Shown here: positions 7,875 through 14,522 of the stretch, piece by piece
Layout: each line of letters begins with the position of its first letter
Position numbering within the stretch: position 1 is the first letter of the stretch
NCBI GenBank assembly: GCA_043801585.1
Contig: JAZDLX010000136.1
Span: 1-14,522 of the forward strand
From: a bacterium
Lineage (GTDB): Bacteria; Electryoneota; Electryoneia; Electryoneales; Electryoneaceae
Direction of reading: 5' to 3'
Length of the DNA: 14,522 nt
Program-made: the position numbers and the translations under genes
Notes under the pieces: model-generated
Database searches by the model: none
Told to the model about the DNA's origin: nothing
What the model saw: the letters and a program-made list of their open reading frames with translations, nothing else

Positions 7875-8273
7875 ATGGCACAGACGCTCACTGCACGGGT
7901 CTGGCGCGAGCAGCCGCAGCGGTACCGGATGGTGGCCAACCGCTGCACGAAAACAGGCGAAGTGTTCTTTCCGCCGAGGATTGTCGCCCCCGGAATGCTG
8001 GACGCTCAGTTCAAGGAACTTGAACTATGCGGCGAGGGGAAGGTTGTGACCTTTACGATCATCCGTGTCGCTCCCGCTCCCTACGCCGACCTCGCGCCCT
8101 ATGCGCTGGCGGTGATCGAGACCCCCGAGAAAGTCCGGCTGACTGCACAGATCGGTGATGTCGAGATCGACCAGGTGAAAATCGGAATGAACGTCCGTTT
8201 CGAGTTCCGCCGTCTCTACGACGACAACCAGGCGAGTGTCATTTACTACGGCTACAAGGCGGTCCCCGCATGA
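7875..8273 (+). CDS. DUF35 / ChsH2-like OB-fold scaffold protein partnering the thiolase and HMG-CoA synthase
   Basis: Starts 1 nt after the thiolase stop, with GGAGG inside the thiolase 3' end. Motifs WREQPQRYRM, FFPPR, GKVVTFTIIRVAP, APYALAVIE, IGMNVRFEFRRL and IYYGYKAVP. Confidence 0.9.
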   Translation: MAQTLTARVWREQPQRYRMVANRCTKTGEVFFPPRIVAPGMLDAQFKELELCGEGKVVTFTIIRVAPAPYADLAPYALAVIETPEKVRLTAQIGDVEIDQVKIGMNVRFEFRRLYDDNQASVIYYGYKAVPA

Positions 8274-8300
8274 GCATCACACCAAAGGGAGGGATGTTCG

Positions 8301-9164
8301 ATGGCTGATCGTGGGAAGGAGTCGGTGTGTCCGATCTGCGGATTTTTCCAAACCATTCCAATTACCCGTCAGGACCGTCCCTTCCGTTCCTGCCCGGCCT
8401 GTGGGCTGATCTGGGGAGTCTACACTCGAACCAATGAAGAGAACGATGAGTTCTATCGTGCCAGCGCTTTAGGCGATTCCATCAGCCAGAGCAAACGTGG
8501 ACTGTTCGATGCCGTGCTGGAACGGGCGGAAAAGTCGCTTGGAAAACCCGGAAGAGTCCTCGATATCGGTTGTGGAGCTGGCGCATTCCTGCTCGTCGCG
8601 AGGGAGCGTGGATGGGCGGCGGCGGGTGTCGAGCCGATCGAGGAACTTGTCCTGCGGTGCCGCGAGCAGGGACTGGAAGCCCACACCGGTCATTTGAAAG
8701 ACCTCCCGAAAGGTGCCGGACTGTTCGATCTGATTACCTGGTGGGATGTGATCATGCTCGTGGAGGATCCCCTCGCCGAGATCAGGTTAGCCGGAAAACG
8801 GCTCTCGCCGAATGGGATGCTGTACCTGCGGGTGAGGCAGCACGGAATTGTCAGGCAGGTCCATCGTCTTTGGGAATCGGCGGGGTCCCTGACCAACTGG
8901 AAGGATCCGTCCGTTTTTCATCCGTGGAATTTCACTCCCAAATCCATACGTCTGCTCGGCCGCAGGGTGGGGGTGGAGATGAAGGTCGAGGCGGGCCGTC
9001 TCTCCTCGGGCGATTCCTACCGCGTCTCTGAAAGCGGGAAGCCGGTAGCCGTTCTCAAGCAGCTCGTCGACACGGTCAGCACGACCATCGGGCGTCTGTC
9101 CAACCAGCAGGCGATCCTGTCGCCGACGATGGATGTTTGGGGTCGTCCGTGTGGAGTTGAGTGA
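8301..9164 (+). CDS. Class I SAM-dependent methyltransferase with N-terminal zinc ribbon
   Basis: N-terminal CPIC...CPAC, motif I VLDIGCGAG, then GVEP, FDLITWWDVI and LSPNGMLYL; GGGAGG upstream. Confidence 0.88.
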   Translation: MADRGKESVCPICGFFQTIPITRQDRPFRSCPACGLIWGVYTRTNEENDEFYRASALGDSISQSKRGLFDAVLERAEKSLGKPGRVLDIGCGAGAFLLVARERGWAAAGVEPIEELVLRCREQGLEAHTGHLKDLPKGAGLFDLITWWDVIMLVEDPLAEIRLAGKRLSPNGMLYLRVRQHGIVRQVHRLWESAGSLTNWKDPSVFHPWNFTPKSIRLLGRRVGVEMKVEAGRLSSGDSYRVSESGKPVAVLKQLVDTVSTTIGRLSNQQAILSPTMDVWGRPCGVE

Positions 9165-9242
9165 CAGTTACCTGATTTTGAGAGTCAGGAAAAGTTGAGC
9201 GAATAATCACATGAATTAGGTAACTGTCACTCAACTCCGCAC
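9149..9242. repeat. 94-bp REP/MITE-like doublet: 29-bp inverted repeat with 2 mismatches and 36-nt spacer, between convergent genes; possible bidirectional terminator
   Basis: GTGTGGAGTTGAGTGACAGTTACCTGATT (9149-9177) versus AATTAGGTAACTGTCACTCAACTCCGCAC (9214-9242); both mismatches are G-T pairs on the top strand. Confidence 0.88.
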
Positions 9243-10487
9243 CTGCTGCGGATGATCCTGCAATTTCAGGGCTTCATCAAGACGTTCGGCATTGGCGGAG
9301 TCATTGTTGGGACCAGCCGTCTCGATGAAAAGGCGGATCTGATGTTTGCGAACGTAGATCATGAAAAACGTGATGAAGCCGAAGAGAATGCCCACCTGGA
9401 TCAACATCAGCAGTGCGAAGGTTCCCTGGACGTGCGTGAGCATCACCGCCGAGATGCCGAGAAACGTCGTGATTGCCCAGATGACAACGACCGCTGTCAC
9501 CCGTCCGATGCCCAGCCCGGCGAGGCGATGGTGCAAGTGGTCACGGCCGGTGAAGGAGAGCCATTCTCCCAGCGTGCGGACCTTGCCGGTTCCGAAACGG
9601 ATGATCGTTGTCAGGGTCATGTCGAAAATGGGCACTCCGAGCAAAATCAGCGGAATGATGATCGCAGCGGTGTCATCCGCCGCCCATTCACCCATGATCG
9701 TCGCGGAGGCGAGGATAAAGCCAAGGAACGTTGCGCCGTTGTCCCCGAGAAAAATCCGTGCGTTTGACCTCGGCCGAAAATTATAGGGGAGAAAACCGAG
9801 GCAGGCGCCGAGCAGTGCGAGCGCGACGATGCTGAAATAGTATTGTCCCGTCTGCAACGCCACCAACGCGAGGAAGCCGGCGATAATCGCGCTCATGCCC
9901 GTGGCGAGGCCGTCCATGCCGTCGAGGAAATTCACCGCGTTGGTGATTCCCACAACCCACAGTGCGGTCAAAAGGTATTCAAGCCAGTCACCCCACCACG
10001 TGGCAGGGAGAAAGGTGACATGGACACCGAATGCAAGCAGGATCACAACAGCGCCGAACTGGGCAAGCAGTTTCAGTTTTGCGGGAAGCCCCCAGCGATC
10101 GTCAACGACGCCGACGATCCAGATAAAGAGACCCGCGAGGCCGACGCCTTTCATCGGCAGTGAATAGTGGAAGCTGATCAGGAGGCTGATGCCGAACGCG
10201 GCGATGACCGCCAGTCCTCCGAGCAGCGGAGTGGGGGCGGCATGGGCCTTTCTCCCGGCGGGGATGTCGAGCGTCCGGGTGAGAAAGGAGATCCGTATCA
10301 CGACCGGCGTGAGAATGGCCGAGAGCGACCAGGCGAAGAGAAACACAAACAACCATTGCAAACGGGCATTGACCAGCATTTTCCAGACTGGGGGCGTCAG
10401 CAGGGTGGCAAGAACAATGACATGAAGAATAATTCCGGTCCAAAGTCCGCGTCCAAGGCGCGGGGTGGTCACGGCTGAATCGGTCAT
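9231..10487 (-). CDS. wecA: Polyprenyl-phosphate N-acetylhexosamine-1-phosphate transferase (WecA/TagO type, MraY superfamily)
   Basis: Multi-TM protein with motifs RKAHAAPTPLLGG, VVDD, NAVNFLDGMDGL, IFLGDNG and RDHLHHRL. ATG 10487 is preferred over GTG 10493 because AGGAG lies 8 nt upstream. Confidence 0.88.
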   Translation of the reverse strand: MTDSAVTTPRLGRGLWTGIILHVIVLATLLTPPVWKMLVNARLQWLFVFLFAWSLSAILTPVVIRISFLTRTLDIPAGRKAHAAPTPLLGGLAVIAAFGISLLISFHYSLPMKGVGLAGLFIWIVGVVDDRWGLPAKLKLLAQFGAVVILLAFGVHVTFLPATWWGDWLEYLLTALWVVGITNAVNFLDGMDGLATGMSAIIAGFLALVALQTGQYYFSIVALALLGACLGFLPYNFRPRSNARIFLGDNGATFLGFILASATIMGEWAADDTAAIIIPLILLGVPIFDMTLTTIIRFGTGKVRTLGEWLSFTGRDHLHHRLAGLGIGRVTAVVVIWAITTFLGISAVMLTHVQGTFALLMLIQVGILFGFITFFMIYVRKHQIRLFIETAGPNNDSANAERLDEALKLQDHPQQVRS

Positions 10488-10510
10488 GAACACTTCTCCT
10501 TGCCGTAAGA

Positions 10511-11143
10511 CTACTTCAACATCATCCGGGTAGGAACGAACGCCTCAGCGTAACGGCAGAAAACTTCGATTCCCCGTCGAATGGCGGAGGCACGGGCAAT
10601 ATCGGTGATCGGCAGTCCTTCGATATTGGTTCGTGCCACCTGGGAAAAATGGGTCTCCAGCAACTCGATCTTGCGGGTGATGGTTGATTCGATGTTGCAA
10701 TAGATGCTCGGCGAGAAATGGAGCGTTGTCGGACTCTCATAGAAAAGAAAATTGGGAACCCTGCGCGCGGCGGATTGAGCTGCCGACGCGAGGGCGCGAT
10801 GATCCTGGTGAGTGTCCTCGGAGTAATGGACGAGAAGAAGGTCCGGATTGCTGGCTTCGACCGCCTTCTCGATGCTTTCGATCAGTTCTACGGTGTGGGG
10901 CACCTGGCAGTCGATGAAACTTCCCCAGAACAGTTCCTTGGTGCTCATCCGTTTGGCGGACCGTTCGCCCTCCAGCGCACGAACCTCGGGTTCGCCTCCC
11001 CGCTCTCCCTTGGTGGCGATGTAAAGAAAAACCTCGCTTCCCATGTCCGCCATTTTCAACAGGGTGCCCGAGCAGCCGATTTCGATATCGTCGGGGTGAG
11101 CTCCGATAGCGAGCACTCGCCGGGGTTGCATCGATTCAACCAT
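10511..11143 (-). CDS. PIG-L/LmbE family N-deacetylase
   Basis: Zinc-binding motifs AIGAHPDDIE and DTHQDH, plus a YAEAF tail. Its AGGAG RBS overlaps the stop codon of the upstream wbqC-like gene. Confidence 0.9.
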   Translation of the reverse strand: MVESMQPRRVLAIGAHPDDIEIGCSGTLLKMADMGSEVFLYIATKGERGGEPEVRALEGERSAKRMSTKELFWGSFIDCQVPHTVELIESIEKAVEASNPDLLLVHYSEDTHQDHRALASAAQSAARRVPNFLFYESPTTLHFSPSIYCNIESTITRKIELLETHFSQVARTNIEGLPITDIARASAIRRGIEVFCRYAEAFVPTRMMLK

Positions 11144-11151
11144 GGTATCTC

Positions 11152-11853
11152 CTACCCGCTGAACGCGTTCTCGATATGTGGTCGCACATAGCGGTCAAAA
11201 CCACCCGTTCCACAATTTGCAAGCAGATCGATGGCTCCCAGGTTCGGAATGAACGTGCCGTGCAACTGCGGATAATGAATCTCCGGGAAATTCATGAAAC
11301 GAACGTTGATCCCCGCTCTTTCAAACCGGGCGATGTCCATGTAGCTGCGTCCACCGCTCCCGGCAAGGTACACGTCAGCGCCGAGGCGTTGCCCGATGGC
11401 AATGATCCGGTCGTTCGGTTCTTCCGGCAGCGGCTCCAAGTCTCGCATGGTGCGCACGGATGTGGCAATCGCGAAGCGATTAAAAAAAAAGGACGTTGTT
11501 TCGATGGTCAATGCGGACAGGCAATCATAGGGGTGGTCGAGCAGTGCAAGGAAGTTCTCCACTTCGTCGCCATGTTCCGCTTTGGCGTAGAAACGGCGAA
11601 GTGTTTCCATGTGCTTCCGCTTCCAGTTCTCCTCCATGGAAATCCGAATGTCGCGGATGTTCGCACCGTAGTCTCCTGAAACCGGGACCGTCAGCCAAAC
11701 GGCGCCATTCGGCCCCTTTACCCTGTTCCGATTCTGCCACTCCCTGCGGACGTACTGAACGCCCTCGAGAAAGACGAAAGCGTCCGAAAGCGCCACTTTG
11801 GCGAGGTATCCCGGATAGGGCAGGTAGTGAGGCTGGTGGATGGAATAAATCAT
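11152..11853 (-). CDS. wbqC: WbqC-family protein (putative glycine transferase in polysaccharide biosynthesis)
   Basis: MIYSIHQPHYLPYPGY, VQYVRREWQNRNRVK, WLTVPV, YLAGSGGRSY and YPQLHGTFIPNLGAIDLL. Start placed at ATG 11853 by family pattern; ATG 11886 is an alternative. Confidence 0.88.
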   Translation of the reverse strand: MIYSIHQPHYLPYPGYLAKVALSDAFVFLEGVQYVRREWQNRNRVKGPNGAVWLTVPVSGDYGANIRDIRISMEENWKRKHMETLRRFYAKAEHGDEVENFLALLDHPYDCLSALTIETTSFFFNRFAIATSVRTMRDLEPLPEEPNDRIIAIGQRLGADVYLAGSGGRSYMDIARFERAGINVRFMNFPEIHYPQLHGTFIPNLGAIDLLANCGTGGFDRYVRPHIENAFSG

Positions 11854-11975
11854 CTCTCGTCGTGGTTGAGTTGATGGATCAGGCATGTTCGATACACTTG
11901 TCGCCAAGCTAACGGACGCGGGAGGGTCGAGCAACAGTATTTCGGTTTTTATTGTCCACTGTGCCTTTCTGTTGC

Positions 11976-12908
11976 TCAGGCTGCGGAGACCGCGAGGTAC
12001 TGTTTTGGATGGTTGAAGGAACGGTGGAGAATGGCAATACCACCGTTTTCCAGGAAGACCTCGACTCCGCCCGCACCACCGCGCAGAATGCCGGTAAAGG
12101 GGACACGGACGAGATAGCGCAACATCGGTTCAGGGTAGGAGGCGCCGCCCGACCAGTGGATCTCCGCGCCGGACCGTTTCATCATCCGTGGGATGTGGAA
12201 ATGACCGCCGATCAGAATCACCCGCCGTCCCCGGGCAAGGAGACGATTCCAAAGGCCTCCGGCCTGAATCATCCAGCGGCGCAATCGTATGGTATTGTGA
12301 GTGAAGATAACAACGGGATCGTCCGACTCGATGGTTTCCTGGACAAGACTCAGCATCGTCTGCAGCGTTTGCGTGATCTCCGGGTCGTAGGGGCGCTGGA
12401 AGGCTATAGACAGCAGTTCGCTGTCGAGGAACAGAACCGAGACCTCTTCGATACGCAGCCTGCCGAATCCGTGCAGATTGATTTCATTGTGAAACAACGT
12501 ATTCCTCAGACTCATCAGATCCGGATAACTGTCCGGCTCCGGATCGTAACCGTACCCCAGTTCATGGTTGCCTGTCAGGGCGAAGTAGCGGTTCTCGCCG
12601 TAAGTGGCGAGTTCGTCCCGCCAGATCCGCTGGGTGGCGTCCATGCGTTCATCGTGAAGGGCGAGAGGCAACGCCAGGTCGCCGCCGTTGATCAGAAAAT
12701 CGTACTCGGTCGCGTGACGGCTGAGCCAGGCGCGAGTGATCCGTTGAATCCGCCCCGATTCCATTCGCAGACGATCCTCGAAACGGTCCATTAGTTTTTC
12801 ACCGCACCAGCCGAAACGGCACCAGAACCTGCGCATTTCAGGACGAATCGGAACACGCGGTCCGATGGAGAGGTGCAGGTCGCTGTAGAAAAGGATGCTT
12901 GCTGACAT
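11976..12908 (-). CDS. Calcineurin-like metallophosphoesterase
   Basis: Ordered motifs SDLH, NGGDL, TGNHE, FTH and GGHFH. Confidence 0.8.
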   Translation of the reverse strand: MSASILFYSDLHLSIGPRVPIRPEMRRFWCRFGWCGEKLMDRFEDRLRMESGRIQRITRAWLSRHATEYDFLINGGDLALPLALHDERMDATQRIWRDELATYGENRYFALTGNHELGYGYDPEPDSYPDLMSLRNTLFHNEINLHGFGRLRIEEVSVLFLDSELLSIAFQRPYDPEITQTLQTMLSLVQETIESDDPVVIFTHNTIRLRRWMIQAGGLWNRLLARGRRVILIGGHFHIPRMMKRSGAEIHWSGGASYPEPMLRYLVRVPFTGILRGGAGGVEVFLENGGIAILHRSFNHPKQYLAVSAA

Positions 12909-13106
12909 GGCCGTGCCGATGCGAATGGATCCACTCCCCTGAGTAGAATACCCACAGAGTAGAAGAGGAAAAACGGCGAGTCAATTGGGTAGTGAACTGA
13001 ATTGATCGTGCAGGAGAGTCTCGCCGTGCTTCACGCTGTCTTCCCGGCGCCGCTTGTCAGACGGCATTCACGGGCAGTAGGTTGCCAGCGAATAAGGGGA
13101 GGAGGG

Positions 13107-14267
13107 ATGGAGCGGCGCATTCACGTGCTTCATGTCATCACGCGTCTCGATCCGGGCGGGTCCGCCGAAAACACCACGCTCTCGGTGGAGCGGGTGAACC
13201 CGGCACGTTTCGACTCGTTCGTCTGGACCGGACCGGGACTTCACGGCGGCGGACCCGCTCCGGTGTACGCCCAACGGTTGCAGGGGCGATACGAAATCCT
13301 GAGGTATCTTGTCCGCCCGATCCGCCCGATGAAAGACCTGCTGGCAACCATCGATCTGACTGTTCGTTTGCGAAAGGTTTCCCCGGAAATCCTCCATCTC
13401 CACACGGCAAAGGGTGGTGCGCTCGGCAGAGTGGCAGCGCGGCTGGCAGGATACCGCGGGAAAATCATCTACACCCCTCACGGCCATATTTTCAGCGGGT
13501 ATGGCGGCTCGCTTGCCTGCCGTGTGTTCACCCTCATCGAACAGATTCTCGCACCGGTGTGCGATGCCATCATCGGATTGACCGAGGATGAGGTGCGCCA
13601 GTTCCAGGCTCATCATGCGGGACGGCCCGGTCAGTTTGCCGTGATCCCCAGCGGAATCGAGATCGGAGCGTTTGAGGCGGCGGTCTCTTCGAAAGGTGCG
13701 ACGCGGAAATCCTTCGGTTTCTCGGATAAAACGCCGCTGATCGGTTTCATCGGCCGGTTCGATCCGGTGAAAGGTCCCGACCTGTTCCTCAAGGCGGTTT
13801 CACGAATCCGCCGGGAGATTCCCGATCTGCGTGCATTGATGATCGGCGACGGTCAGATGACCACCGAACTGCAAAGGCTGGCCGATCGGCTCCGCCTTGG
13901 GGGCACCATCGTCTGGACGGGATGGCGCACGGACATTCCCGAACTGGTGGCGGCTCTCGACCTGCTGCTTGTCACCAGCCGCAATGAGGGGCAGGGGAGG
14001 GTTGTCGTCGAAGCTGGTGCGGCGGGCGTGCCCACGGTTGCTCTTGCAAACGGGGGAGTGGGCGAAGTGATTGTCACCGGTGAGACCGGGCTGCTCGCCG
14101 AGTCCAACGACCTTGACGCTCTCGCTCAGGCTGCGGTGGAACTGCTGCGCGACCCGAAACGGCGCAAACGGATGGGCTCCGCCGCCCGTCAACGCGCCAG
14201 AGATCATTTCAGCGTCGAGGTGATGATCGGGAAGTTGGAAGAGCTCTACACGGTGCTGTCACGTTGA
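13107..14267 (+). CDS. Glycosyltransferase family 4 (GT-B fold)
   Basis: ATG 13107 follows GGGGAGGAGGG. Motifs VLHVITRLDPGG, LHLHTAKGG, YTPHGH, IGRFDPVKG, the EX7E motif NEGQGRVVVEA, and GETGLL. Confidence 0.92.
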   Translation: MERRIHVLHVITRLDPGGSAENTTLSVERVNPARFDSFVWTGPGLHGGGPAPVYAQRLQGRYEILRYLVRPIRPMKDLLATIDLTVRLRKVSPEILHLHTAKGGALGRVAARLAGYRGKIIYTPHGHIFSGYGGSLACRVFTLIEQILAPVCDAIIGLTEDEVRQFQAHHAGRPGQFAVIPSGIEIGAFEAAVSSKGATRKSFGFSDKTPLIGFIGRFDPVKGPDLFLKAVSRIRREIPDLRALMIGDGQMTTELQRLADRLRLGGTIVWTGWRTDIPELVAALDLLLVTSRNEGQGRVVVEAGAAGVPTVALANGGVGEVIVTGETGLLAESNDLDALAQAAVELLRDPKRRKRMGSAARQRARDHFSVEVMIGKLEELYTVLSR

Positions 14268-14288
14268 TCGCCTGACTATATCGGCAGG

Positions 14289-14450
14289 GTGGCCCGGGAT
14301 GTGAACCGCAGGTTCATTTCCCGGACGGGTGGCCCGGGACTTCAGTCCCGGGTTTCATTGTGTTTGAATGCAGTGTGGCCCGGCCAGCTTGATGGCCTGG
14401 TTTCTACTAAGGTCATTCGTGTGGCCCGGCTGCCCCGCCAGCCGGGTTTC
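14289..14450 (+). repeat. Array of four tandem GTGG-type REP-like hairpins
   Basis: GTGGCCCGG starts at 14289, 14329, 14375 and 14421. Each opens a stem-loop, and units 2-4 end in GGTTTC. Confidence 0.82.
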
Positions 14451-14452
14451 GC

Positions 14453-14522
14453 TCACCCTGCTTCCACTTCCTTCACCGCCTGCACAATCCGGTCATGGAA
14501 AGCCCCCCCGGAAACCAGCACG
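14453..14522 (-). CDS. 3' end of a gene entering from the right; possibly inositol monophosphatase/CysQ family
   Basis: Frame reads ...VLVSGGAFHDRIVQAVKEVEAG-stop (TGA 14455-14453), loosely resembling the IMPase-family C-terminal helix. Only 22 codons are visible. Confidence 0.35.
   Translation of the reverse strand, partial: VLVSGGAFHDRIVQAVKEVEAG

Noticed and set aside
4620..8273. Interpretation as a phlACB (diacetylphloroglucinol) cluster
   Set aside because: No type III PKS (phlD) is in the window, and the synthase retains the full Glu/Cys/His set and archaeal HMG-CoA synthase signatures.
13002..13106. Upstream TTG start extending the GT4 gene by 35 aa
   Set aside because: ATG 13107 has a very strong RBS and coincides with the start of the GT4 domain.
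14289..14450. CRISPR array
   Set aside because: The constant part is only about 9 nt, variation lies inside the hairpin, linkers are 4-18 nt, and there are no cas genes.

Overview
GC-rich bacterial DNA. A PorU-like type IX secretion sortase, a sigma-54 activator and strong Shine-Dalgarno sites suggest an FCB-superphylum lineage, probably outside Bacteroidota (inference). From left to right: (1) a minus-strand block with a partial porU-like gene (1-1564, absent from the ORF track because it runs off the edge), a YbgC/FadM-type thioesterase, a DUF2378/V4R-like protein preceded by a G12 tract, and an NtrC/NtrX-family response regulator; (2) a plus-strand archaeal-type HMG-CoA synthase - thiolase - DUF35 module (upper mevalonate pathway), interrupted by a cupin gene and a small membrane-protein gene bracketed by palindromic repeats, then a SAM methyltransferase; (3) a surface-glycan block with a WecA/TagO-like transferase, PIG-L deacetylase, WbqC protein, metallophosphoesterase and GT4 glycosyltransferase. 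Three kinds of REP-like palindrome occur: two related 93-94 bp inverted-repeat doublets that overlap stop codons, a GACCTGAC family, and a four-unit GTGG-hairpin array with covarying stems. The most notable points are the archaeal-type mevalonate module with a DUF35 subunit lacking three of four zinc cysteines, and the repeat architecture. All product calls rest on motif recognition only; no database search was run.
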